Origin: Bacillota bacterium
Lineage (GTDB): Bacteria > Bacillota > Limnochordia > Darwinibacteriales > Darwinibacteriaceae
NCBI GenBank assembly: GCA_012518735.1
Contig: JAAYRO010000127.1
Span: forward strand, 1 to 52,832
Length of the DNA stretch: 52,832 nt
Direction of reading: 5' to 3'
Below, piece after piece: positions 1 through 7,946 of this stretch; within the stretch, counting starts at the first letter, position 1; each line of letters opens with the position of its first letter. The position numbers and the translations under genes were made by a program. The notes under the pieces are model-generated. The model did no database searches and was not told the DNA's origin. It worked only from the letters and a program-made list of their open reading frames with translations.

Positions 1-905
1 ATAAATCATTTTTTCAATATGCTCAATATGCCATTAAGGATTATAAGAGTTCTTACTATAAACTTGCTGCAAAAGTAATTAATAACATTGACCATCGTAT
101 CATTAAGAGAGTGGGAATCAACTTAGGATATAACAGTTGGACCTACGGATCAAAAAAAATCCGTCAGCAGACAGATAGTTGGGGCTTTACTGTGCCATGG
201 AGTCTGATTTTCGACTTTCGAAAGACAGACAACCCTACTGTGACGGTCGCAGATCTACACGCTATTCTATCCAACGCTGAGTCATTAGGTATCTACTGCA
301 GCATGGTGTTTGCTGGCCCTAATCCTGAACACTTACGTTCCCTTCTTACAAACCTACCTTCTCACAAGGAACAGACGTTTTTTGTGTTCACCTCGCCTAC
401 CCTAATTACAGATGAACTAGCTCAATTGGCACGAGCTGCCAACAACATCGGACTAGTCCTCAAGTTTGATTCTTCAGAAATAGATGAATGCAGCTCAGCG
501 TCTCAAACCCTTTTAAAACAGAAATGCCTATATGGAACTTATACACACTACAATAACAGCTCTATTAACCAAGTAACAAGCCCTCATTTCGCACAAGCGT
601 TAGACAGACTAAATGGATCCTTTGCCTTCCTTGTTCGTGAAGAGACGATGGATGACTCCATCCTAGAACCTTTACGTCACTACTTGAAACAAGCCCGGAG
701 TCCTAAAGGGCATACAGTGTTCATGATTGATTTTTACGATGACTTAGAATATGTGAGCGAGAAAATCGCAGCGAATTCGAACTTTTTTATCATAACGGGT
801 GATGGACGTATTGCAAGGTCTCTAAATGGTCCAAATATTCAAGGCATTAACGCTCACACCCACAGTCTGAAGGCTATTATAAAGAGTGCAGCTAGCTGTG
901 CTTAA
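1..905 (+). CDS. hypothetical protein, probably 5'-truncated by the window edge
   Basis: The ORF track gives 111..905 from a GTG with no properly spaced SD. Translating the same frame upstream shows no stop and no ATG/GTG/TTG between nt 3 and 110, so the frame is open to the window edge. I recognise no motif. The 3' end overlaps the convergent TetR gene by 14 nt. Confidence 0.45.
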   Translation, partial: KSFFQYAQYAIKDYKSSYYKLAAKVINNIDHRIIKRVGINLGYNSWTYGSKKIRQQTDSWGFTVPWSLIFDFRKTDNPTVTVADLHAILSNAESLGIYCSMVFAGPNPEHLRSLLTNLPSHKEQTFFVFTSPTLITDELAQLARAANNIGLVLKFDSSEIDECSSASQTLLKQKCLYGTYTHYNNSSINQVTSPHFAQALDRLNGSFAFLVREETMDDSILEPLRHYLKQARSPKGHTVFMIDFYDDLEYVSEKIAANSNFFIITGDGRIARSLNGPNIQGINAHTHSLKAIIKSAASCA

Positions 906-1431
906 GAGTTTGGTGAGCAGCGCCAGAGACTGCCTTTTTCATCAACTCAACAAATTTGTCTGGCGGAATTTCTGCTCCCTCTAACAGCCACCGAGTAATG
1001 GATACGCGAATGGCATCTGCAAAGAAAGTGGCAAAAAACTCACAGTCATCATCATCAGCAAAAATATCGCTCGCGTGAGCAAGCATGATGGGATGAATAA
1101 CTTCATGAAAGTAATCGGAAAATGAGTTCTGCCCTGTTACTTGAAGGGCATTTTGGTAAAACTCCCGGTTTTTATAGAAAAACTGACAGGTGCTTTCTAA
1201 TAGTTCCCAGCCAGTTTTGCCAAGTGCTCCTTGGATATCTGTAACGAATTCGGTGTAGTAGATCCAATTTACAAGATCATATTTGTCCTTGAAATGGTAG
1301 TAAAAACTCTGCCGGGTCATATTACATCGCTCTACAATATCATTTATCTTAATCTTCTCCATAGGAACATGGGCCATGAGCTCTTTCATGGCCGCAGCCA
1401 ATGCTTGTTTCGTTATCTGAGCGTCAGCCAT
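892..1431 (-). CDS. TetR/AcrR family transcriptional regulator
   Basis: The N-terminal HTH signature INDIVERCNMTRQSFYYHFKDKYDLVNWIY is typical of TetR (DhaS-like) regulators. ATG at 1431 follows GGAAGG about 10 nt upstream. Confidence 0.85.
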   Translation of the reverse strand: MADAQITKQALAAAMKELMAHVPMEKIKINDIVERCNMTRQSFYYHFKDKYDLVNWIYYTEFVTDIQGALGKTGWELLESTCQFFYKNREFYQNALQVTGQNSFSDYFHEVIHPIMLAHASDIFADDDDCEFFATFFADAIRVSITRWLLEGAEIPPDKFVELMKKAVSGAAHQTLKHS

Positions 1432-1463
1432 AGCACACGACCTTCCTAACGAGATCTACAACG

Positions 1464-1491
1464 AAAGGGATCGCCTTCTTGGCGATCCCTT
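1464..1491 (-). terminator. hairpin immediately after the ireB stop (candidate terminator, weak U-tract)
   Basis: AAGGGATCGCC-loop-GGCGATCCCTT forms an 11-bp stem starting 4 nt after the stop codon. The trailing sequence on the minus strand is TTCGTTGT, which is only moderately U-rich. Confidence 0.4.
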
Positions 1492-1494
1492 ATC

Positions 1495-1752
1495 TTATTT
1501 CTTTAGATATTCCTTAATGAGCTCCTCTAGAAGAATATCTCGCTCAACCTGAGTAATCATTGTCCGAGCGTTTTTGTGACTTGTTATGAATGTGGGATCG
1601 CCCGACATCAAATAGCCAACCATCTGCCCAACGGGATTGTATCCCTTTTCCTCAAGTGCTTGATAAACCTCAAGCAGAATTGTCCTTACAGACGGATCTT
1701 GTTCCAACGACTTATAACGAAACAAAGCTGTCTTCTCATGCGATTCAGTCAT
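1495..1752 (-). CDS. IreB/YrzL family regulatory phosphoprotein (UPF0297)
   Basis: 85 aa. The GYNPVGQMVGYLMSGDPTFITSHKNAR core is typical of UPF0297. It sits directly downstream of alaS, as yrzL does in B. subtilis. SD AAGGGGGG precedes the ATG. Confidence 0.8.
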   Translation of the reverse strand: MTESHEKTALFRYKSLEQDPSVRTILLEVYQALEEKGYNPVGQMVGYLMSGDPTFITSHKNARTMITQVERDILLEELIKEYLKK

Positions 1753-1802
1753 GGTGACCCCCCTTTTGGACTATTGAAATTGTTAATTAATATATTCTGC
1801 AA

Positions 1803-4451
1803 TCACCCTTCGATTCCCTCCATTTGCTTTTTAAAGATCTGCCGACCATGTTCCAGAGCTTGAGGGAGTTTATCTGGGTTGCGGCCTCCCGCTTGAGCCA
1901 TATCAGGACGTCCGCCACCACCACCGCCGCATATCTGAGCTGTTTCCTTCACAACCTTACCTGCATGAATACCTTTCCCTGTAAGTGCCTTAGAAGCCAT
2001 ACTCAACAACAGAACCTTGTCTTTATCTCTTGCACCTAACAGAATTAAAGCAGGATCTAATTTGTCACGTAAACGATCACCCATGACCCGCAGTTCTTCA
2101 GGGTTTGCAGCGTTAACTTCACTAACCAGCAGAGATACTTCACCGATTTTCTCCACTTCACTTAAAAGATCATCTGTTGAGGACAAAACAGCCTTTTGCT
2201 TATAAAGAGAAAGCTCCTTCTCTAATGCCTTGATGTGTTCCACCATTTTATCAATTTGAGCAGGTAGCTCCCCTATTGGACCTTGAATCCTGCGGTGAAT
2301 TTCTTCTAGAATCTCTTCCCGTTCTCGAATGAATGCTAAAGCTTCGCTGCCAGCTACCGCTTCAATTCGGCGTACGCCGGCCGCAACACTTCCTTCTGAC
2401 AGAATCTTGAATAAACCAATATCACCGGTGGCCTTTACATGAGTTCCACCGCACAGTTCAAGGGAGAAATCACCGATTTTGATCATGCGAACAACGTCTC
2501 CGTATTTCTCACCAAATAGAGCCACAGCACCCTGTTTTTTTGCCTCGGCCATATGAGCAATTTCTGCTGCTACGGGGTAATTCATAAGGATAGATTGATT
2601 CACCTTATCCTCAATCTCACGCAAGACCTTCGGTGTGACCGCTTCAAAATGGGTAAAATCAAAACGAAGTCGATCTGGGGAAACATAAGAACCGGCTTGA
2701 TTCACATGTTCACCTAAAGTGTCTTTGAGAACTCGATGAAGTAAATGTGTTACAGTGTGATGGCGAGCAGTCTCAATCCGTTTCTCTAAATCAATAGAAG
2801 CAGTTGCTCCACTACCTACCTTAATGGTCCCCTCCACCACTTTACCTATGTGACTCACTAGTCCTTCTACAGGCTCTTGGACATCCTCAATCCGTACTTT
2901 TCCAGTTGGGGTCGTAATACAACCTGTATCTCCTACCTGGCCACCACTTTCGGCATAGAAAGGGGTTTTATCTAAAACGAGGGCAACCTCATCACCTACA
3001 CCTGCTTCATCTACCATCTTATCGCCTTGAATAATGCCGAGCAGTGTCCCGTCAGCCTCTGAGTGCTCATATCCTACAAAGTCTACAGCAACCGTACCAG
3101 CCAAATCTTTATATGCCTCTAGACTAGTATCTAAGTAACCATGAGCGGTCCGGGAAAGACGCGCTCTCTCTCTTTGAGCTTCCATTTCGTTTTTGAAACC
3201 TTCTTCATCAACAACCATACCGTGCTCTGCTAAAATCTCCCGAGTTAACTCAATGGGGAACCCAAAGGTGTCATACAGCTGAAAGACATCTGTTCCAGGG
3301 ATCTGTGTAACGCCTGCCTTTTCCGCCTTTTCTACTAAGTCCTGCAGCAGAGTCATGCCCTGATCGAGAGTTTCACTAAAACGCTGCTCCTCAAGGTGTA
3401 CGACTTTACGGATAAAGTCCTGCCTCTCTAAAAGTTCAGGATAAGGCTTCTTCATCTGCTCCACTACTAAATCAATACCTTCGCCTAGAAAAGAACCATC
3501 AATACCTAAGAGACGACCGTGACGAACCGCTCGTCTCAATAAGCGCCGTAATACATAGCCTCGCCCTTCATTGCTGGGAAGAACACCGTCCATAATCAGA
3601 AAAGCAATGGCACGCAGATGATCCGTAATGACTCGCAGAGAGACATCGTGCTTAGGATCAACTCCATATGGCGTTTTAGCAATATCAGCAACTCCATCTA
3701 CGATAGGGCTCATATTGTCGATTTCAAAAATACTGGTCTTCCCTTGAAGCAGAGTGGCTACCCGTTCCAGACCCATCCCCGTATCGATACTGCGTTTCTC
3801 CAAAGGAATATATTTGTCGCCCTCTTGATGATATTGAATAAAAACCAAATTCCAGAATTCTAAATATCGGTCGCATTCACACCCAGGTTTACAGTCAGGA
3901 CTTCCGCAGCCAAACTCTGGACCTCGATCAATATGAATCTCCGAACATGGTCCGCAGGGTCCTGATCCAGTTTCCCAGAAATTATCTTCTTTACCTAAAC
4001 GAACGATTCGCTCAGGAGGTACGCCTACAGCATTTCGCCAAATCTCATCTGCTTCATCATCATTTTGATAAATCGTAACCCACAGTTTCTCTTTAGGAAA
4101 TCCTAAGTATTCAGTAACAAACTCCCAAGACCAAGGAATAATCTCTTTCTTGAAATAATCGCCAAAAGAGAAGTTCCCAAGCATCTCAAAAAAAGTGCCG
4201 TGGCGGTCTGTTTTTCCCACATTTTCAATATCGCCGGTCCGAATACATCGTTGGCAAGTAGCAACTCGAGGATATTCCGGTTTTTCTAAACCTAAGAAAT
4301 ACTTTTTAAAAGGAACCATACCAGCTACTGTCAACAGTAAAGTAGGATCGCCATGGGGAATCAAAGAAGCACTAGGTAGAATCTTATGATCTTTGTTCCG
4401 AAAAAAATCTAAGTACATCTCACGAATCTCATCAACTGTATAACTCTTCAT
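1803..4451 (-). CDS. alaS: alanine--tRNA ligase
   Basis: 882 aa. N-terminus MKSYTVDEIREMYLDFFRNKDH, class II motifs, the HxxxH/CxxxH editing-domain motifs (HHTVTHLLH, CGGTH) and the C-terminal GGGGGG DHHA1-type tail are all present. Confidence 0.97.
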   Translation of the reverse strand: MKSYTVDEIREMYLDFFRNKDHKILPSASLIPHGDPTLLLTVAGMVPFKKYFLGLEKPEYPRVATCQRCIRTGDIENVGKTDRHGTFFEMLGNFSFGDYFKKEIIPWSWEFVTEYLGFPKEKLWVTIYQNDDEADEIWRNAVGVPPERIVRLGKEDNFWETGSGPCGPCSEIHIDRGPEFGCGSPDCKPGCECDRYLEFWNLVFIQYHQEGDKYIPLEKRSIDTGMGLERVATLLQGKTSIFEIDNMSPIVDGVADIAKTPYGVDPKHDVSLRVITDHLRAIAFLIMDGVLPSNEGRGYVLRRLLRRAVRHGRLLGIDGSFLGEGIDLVVEQMKKPYPELLERQDFIRKVVHLEEQRFSETLDQGMTLLQDLVEKAEKAGVTQIPGTDVFQLYDTFGFPIELTREILAEHGMVVDEEGFKNEMEAQRERARLSRTAHGYLDTSLEAYKDLAGTVAVDFVGYEHSEADGTLLGIIQGDKMVDEAGVGDEVALVLDKTPFYAESGGQVGDTGCITTPTGKVRIEDVQEPVEGLVSHIGKVVEGTIKVGSGATASIDLEKRIETARHHTVTHLLHRVLKDTLGEHVNQAGSYVSPDRLRFDFTHFEAVTPKVLREIEDKVNQSILMNYPVAAEIAHMAEAKKQGAVALFGEKYGDVVRMIKIGDFSLELCGGTHVKATGDIGLFKILSEGSVAAGVRRIEAVAGSEALAFIREREEILEEIHRRIQGPIGELPAQIDKMVEHIKALEKELSLYKQKAVLSSTDDLLSEVEKIGEVSLLVSEVNAANPEELRVMGDRLRDKLDPALILLGARDKDKVLLLSMASKALTGKGIHAGKVVKETAQICGGGGGGRPDMAQAGGRNPDKLPQALEHGRQIFKKQMEGIEG

Positions 4452-4499
4452 AATCGCCGCAAACTGCGGTTCCCCCCCTATTTCTGCCTAACTACATTA

Positions 4500-4528
4500 A
4501 TATTATCCAATGGTAACGACCTTGTCAA
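4500..4528 (-). promoter_or_regulatory. sigma-A type promoter for alaS
   Basis: The minus strand reads TTGACA (4528..4523), a 17-nt spacer, then TAATAT (4505..4500). It lies about 50 nt upstream of the alaS ATG. Confidence 0.6.
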
Positions 4529-4537
4529 CACAACCAA

Positions 4538-5584
4538 TCAGGGGGAACCGCTTTTTCGAACACTAAAGTGCTGAATCAAGACACGTAAGATAGCAGCGAA
4601 AGGAACAGCAACTAACATACCTGTAATGCCCATCAATTCGCCTCCTACGAAGACTGAGAAAATGACGGCTAAAGGATGAAGTCCCACTCGTTCACCAATT
4701 AGTTTTGGAGCAATCACACTGCTTTCCAGCTGATTGGCACCGACGAAGATCACCACTACCCATAATACGGTAATAGGAGACTTAAGCAGAGCAAAGCCCG
4801 CGGCTGGAATAAACCCGATAATAGGACCAAAGTATGGAATAATGTCAAATAGACCAGCCAATAGACCAACAAATAATGCATAGCGTATCTGCAGCACTGC
4901 AAGTCCTGCATAAATAATCAAACCCACCAATGCAGATACTACAACCTGACCGCGAAAAAAGCCATTTAAAACTTTGTTTACCTCTCGAAAGATCCCCTGC
5001 ACTTCCCCACGATATGGGGCAGGAACATACTGAAGTAAACGCTCTTTAATGGCCTCATGGTCTCTCAGCAGATAAAATGCTAGAACAGGTGAAATGAGAA
5101 AAGCAATGATGTGTGATACTAAGTTCATTAAGATCTGAGCAATCCGGGCGGCTAAATCCTCCACCAACACTTCCAGTCGTTCTACCACTAGGTTGATCCC
5201 TTCCTGTAGGGTGTCGGGAATGGTAATCCTTTTTAGAGATCGGAGCGCATCCTGCCCTAAGCCTTCCAAACGTTCGGTTTGGGAAGGGAGCATCTGCACA
5301 ATCTCATCCAGCTCGCTGATTAGCCGAGGAACCGTTACCCAAAAGAGCACACCCACCACAGTTCCAAACAGTAAATAGACTAATAAAATGGCCATTACTT
5401 TAGGAACTTGGCGCTCCTCAAACATTTTCACTAGTGGGTACAAGACATAAGCAATCACAGCCGCGAACAAGAAAGGGGTCAGAACAACCCTGACCCGATA
5501 CAAAAAAAGAGCTATGCCAAGAACTGCTAATCCATACCAAACCATTCTATTCACAAGTAATCCTCTATTCCATCCATGCCCCAA
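4538..5584 (-). CDS. AI-2E family transporter (PerM/YrrI-like permease)
   Basis: Polytopic membrane protein with a C-terminal LIGERVGLHPLAVIFSVFVGGELMGITGMLVAVP motif typical of the AI-2E/PerM family. The start is uncertain: the track start is TTG at 5584, a GTG at 5554 has AGAGGA 6 nt upstream, and there is an ATG at 5545. Confidence 0.85.
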   Translation of the reverse strand: MGHGWNRGLLVNRMVWYGLAVLGIALFLYRVRVVLTPFLFAAVIAYVLYPLVKMFEERQVPKVMAILLVYLLFGTVVGVLFWVTVPRLISELDEIVQMLPSQTERLEGLGQDALRSLKRITIPDTLQEGINLVVERLEVLVEDLAARIAQILMNLVSHIIAFLISPVLAFYLLRDHEAIKERLLQYVPAPYRGEVQGIFREVNKVLNGFFRGQVVVSALVGLIIYAGLAVLQIRYALFVGLLAGLFDIIPYFGPIIGFIPAAGFALLKSPITVLWVVVIFVGANQLESSVIAPKLIGERVGLHPLAVIFSVFVGGELMGITGMLVAVPFAAILRVLIQHFSVRKSGSP

Positions 5585-5741
5585 GTCTGTGCTCTACGGT
5601 ACCCCTTGCCCTTCTCATAAGATTTCTCCCAGTTGAACGCATCTGACGGGATACCATACCTCTGCGCATAGTATTTCCTACAAACACTCCAACTGCCATC
5701 CCAAGAATGCCTGCTATAATAATCCCTCTACCATTGGACAT
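5565..5741 (-). CDS. small membrane protein (one TM helix plus Arg-rich tail), hypothetical
   Basis: ATG at 5741 follows GGGGTGA. The product MSNGRGIIIAGILGMAVGVFVGN... is followed by a basic tail (RRGMVSRQMRSTGRNLMRRARG). The track start at 5783 is an extension. Confidence 0.45.
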   Translation of the reverse strand: MSNGRGIIIAGILGMAVGVFVGNTMRRGMVSRQMRSTGRNLMRRARGTVEHRLGAWME

Positions 5742-5791
5742 AAGTGTCACCCCATTTGGTTTTCTTGAACTTAGTGTCCCCAACTAGGCGT

Positions 5792-5823
5792 AAAAAAATC
5801 ACCGTGATCTGCATCACGGTGAT
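5792..5823 (-). terminator. rho-independent terminator after nifU
   Basis: The minus strand reads ATCACCGTGAT-GCAG-ATCACGGTGAT (a perfect 11-bp stem) followed by TTTTTTT. Confidence 0.8.
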
Positions 5824-5838
5824 GGTTTCTAGAACCGC

Positions 5839-6213
5839 CTATTCCATATTATGTTTCTTACGATAGTCGGCAATCGCTTCGCGCAGAGCGTCCGCTGCTA
5901 GATTCGAACAGTGCATTTTGATGGGAGGAAGTCCGTCTAGAGCCTCAGCCACTGCCCTATTAGAAATCTGTTCTGCTTCGTCTAGAGTCTTCCCCTTGGC
6001 TAATTCTGTAACAATACTTGATGTGGCAATGGCTGCTCCACACCCAAAAGTTTTGAACTTCACATCAGAAATCCTGCCATCTTCTACCTTGATCCATAAT
6101 TTCATGATATCGCCACAGCGGGCATTGCCTACTTCACCAACACCATCCGCATCAGGAAGCTCTCCTACATTGCGGGGATTAGTAAAATGATCCATAACTT
6201 TTTCCGAGTACAT
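5839..6213 (-). CDS. nifU: Fe-S cluster assembly scaffold protein NifU/IscU
   Basis: 124 aa with the three conserved Cys contexts (NARCGD, FGCGAAIA, HCS). SD GGGAGGA is present. Confidence 0.93.
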   Translation of the reverse strand: MYSEKVMDHFTNPRNVGELPDADGVGEVGNARCGDIMKLWIKVEDGRISDVKFKTFGCGAAIATSSIVTELAKGKTLDEAEQISNRAVAEALDGLPPIKMHCSNLAADALREAIADYRKKHNME

Positions 6214-6225
6214 ATTTAATCCTCC

Positions 6226-7383
6226 CTATTTATCATACAGTGGCGACATTTCCCGTAAACGGTGTACAATGTCTGGCAATTCATTCAGTACATATTCTAT
6301 ATCGTTCTCAGTATTTTCTCTTCCCAAAGTTAGTCTTAAAGACCCATGGGCAATCTCATGAGATAGCCCCATGGCTAATAATACGTGGGATGGCTCAAGA
6401 GAACCTGAAGTGCATGCAGAGCCACTTGAAGCGGCAATACCCCGCATATCCAAGTTCAAGAGCAGTGATTCCCCTTCAATAAACTCAAAACAGACACTAA
6501 CATTGTTTGGAAGCCGTTCTGAAAGACTGCCATTTACACGAGTATGAGGAATCTCACGGAGTCCCCTGATTAATTGGTCTCTAAGTTTAGTAATCCGCGG
6601 GACTTCTACTTCCCGTTCTGCAACAGCCAATTCCAGCGCCTTGGCCATGCCAACAATTCCAGCCACATTTTCTGTACCCGCCCGACGCCTTCTTTCTTGT
6701 GCACCGCCATGAACCAATGGATCCAAACGGACACCCTTCCGTACAAACAATGCCCCTACACCCTTTGGTCCATAAAACTTGTGAGCAGAAAAGGACAGAA
6801 GATCAATATCTAGTCTAGAAAGATCAATGTCTAAAACACCCATTGTTTGAACTGCATCTGTATGAAACAGCGCGCCACTTTCCTTAACAACGGAGCCGAT
6901 TTCTGCAATAGGTTGAATAGTGCCTACTTCATTGTTTGCATGCATTACAGAGACTAATATCGTATCAGGACGGATCGCATCCCGTACCTGTTCAGGACTA
7001 ACCCTGCCCTCACTGTCCACTGGTAAAAATGTCACTTCAAAACCGTTTTTCTCCAACCACAGAGCACTATCCAGAACTGCATGGTGTTCAACAGCGGTAG
7101 TAATAATATGATTACCTTTTGACCGCAGCCCCCAAGCTGCTCCCTTGAGTGCCATATTCGCAGCTTCTGACCCGCTAGCAGTAAACACAATTTCTTCAGG
7201 ACGGGCACCTATTAAGCCTGCGATGGTATCACGGGCCTGATCAAGCCCATGATGAGCCCTACGTCCCCAACTATATATACTAGAAGCATTGCCAAACTCT
7301 ACAGAGAAATAGGGCATCATTGCCTCTAATACTTCTGGCCGAACGGGCGTTGTAGCCGCGTGATCCATATATATTTCAGTCAT
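6226..7383 (-). CDS. nifS: cysteine desulfurase NifS/IscS (PLP-dependent)
   Basis: Contains the SAHKFYGPKG PLP-lysine motif and the SSGSACTS active-site Cys loop. AGGGAG lies 11 nt upstream of the ATG. Confidence 0.93.
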   Translation of the reverse strand: MTEIYMDHAATTPVRPEVLEAMMPYFSVEFGNASSIYSWGRRAHHGLDQARDTIAGLIGARPEEIVFTASGSEAANMALKGAAWGLRSKGNHIITTAVEHHAVLDSALWLEKNGFEVTFLPVDSEGRVSPEQVRDAIRPDTILVSVMHANNEVGTIQPIAEIGSVVKESGALFHTDAVQTMGVLDIDLSRLDIDLLSFSAHKFYGPKGVGALFVRKGVRLDPLVHGGAQERRRRAGTENVAGIVGMAKALELAVAEREVEVPRITKLRDQLIRGLREIPHTRVNGSLSERLPNNVSVCFEFIEGESLLLNLDMRGIAASSGSACTSGSLEPSHVLLAMGLSHEIAHGSLRLTLGRENTENDIEYVLNELPDIVHRLREMSPLYDK

Positions 7384-7386
7384 TAT

Positions 7387-7824
7387 TTATTCATCTCCCT
7401 TTAGCCGTAAGGCATCCTGCCTTAATGATTCAAGGGTAGTATTATCCAATACCTCTTCCATACTATCCTGTAATCGCTTCCATAAATTGCGCATCACACA
7501 CTGCTCTGAATGACCACAATAGGGACCATCTCCATCCCCATTATCCAAACACTCCATAGGAGTAATGGGACCCTCTAAAACCCGAATTATGTCTCCAATC
7601 CGAATCTCAGCTGGAGCGTACGCCAATTCATATCCCCCATGAGCCCCCCGTTTACTAACAACTAAACCTGCCTTTCGTAAGGCAGCCATCAGCTGTTCTA
7701 AGTAATGCTCTGAAATAACCTGTCTCTCTGCAATAGACTTTAGGGGAATGGGACCTTTCCCATAATGCAGGGATAAATCGAACATGGCGCGTACACCGTA
7801 CTCCCCTCGAGTTGATATCCTCAT
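7387..7824 (-). CDS. Rrf2 family transcriptional regulator (IscR/CymR-like)
   Basis: MRISTRGEYGVRAMFDL... is an Rrf2 HTH, and a C-terminal Cys cluster (CLDNGDGDGPYCGHSEQC) is compatible with Fe-S ligation. SD AAGGAGG lies 7 nt upstream. Confidence 0.9.
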   Translation of the reverse strand: MRISTRGEYGVRAMFDLSLHYGKGPIPLKSIAERQVISEHYLEQLMAALRKAGLVVSKRGAHGGYELAYAPAEIRIGDIIRVLEGPITPMECLDNGDGDGPYCGHSEQCVMRNLWKRLQDSMEEVLDNTTLESLRQDALRLKGDE

Positions 7825-7837
7825 CCATTCGCCTCCT

Positions 7838-7870
7838 TTTCAATTCCGAGTAGTTTCCTAGGAATTGAAA
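7838..7870 (-). promoter_or_regulatory. inverted repeat at the transcript start of the Rrf2-nifS-nifU operon (candidate Rrf2 operator)
   Basis: TTTCAATTCC-N13-GGAATTGAAA has 10-bp arms and overlaps an inner perfect palindrome, TTCCTAGGAA (7855..7864). It sits between the predicted -10 and the SD. Confidence 0.4.
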
Positions 7871-7877
7871 CACTATT

Positions 7878-7906
7878 ATAATAGCACAGCGTCCAATACC
7901 TGTCAA
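7878..7906 (-). promoter_or_regulatory. sigma-A type promoter of the Rrf2-nifS-nifU operon
   Basis: The minus strand reads TTGACA (7906..7901), a 17-nt spacer, then TATTAT (7883..7878). Confidence 0.6.
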
Positions 7907-7916
7907 TAACTGCGGC

Positions 7917-7946
7917 AAACAAAAAAGTTGACCCATCGGTCAACTT
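7917..7946 (-). terminator. rho-independent terminator after rarA
   Basis: The minus strand reads AAGTTGACC-GATG-GGTCAACTT followed by TTTTGTTTG. The stem overlaps the rarA stop codon. Confidence 0.75.

Noticed and set aside
1905-1935. CCGCCACCACCACCGCCGC run near the alaS 3' end
   Set aside because: It encodes the conserved GGGGGG motif of the AlaRS C-terminal domain. It is in frame and shows no sign of slippage or a frameshift.
4452-4537. T-box riboswitch leaders upstream of alaS (and of hisS at 13627..13701)
   Set aside because: The intergenic spaces are 86 and 75 nt, far shorter than a T-box leader of about 200 nt or more. No specifier-loop or T-box sequence is evident.
7655-7936. 93-aa minus-strand ORF overlapping the Rrf2 gene N-terminus and its promoter/operator
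   Set aside because: It runs out of frame through the Rrf2 HTH coding region and across the predicted promoter and the rarA terminator. It is a chance ORF.
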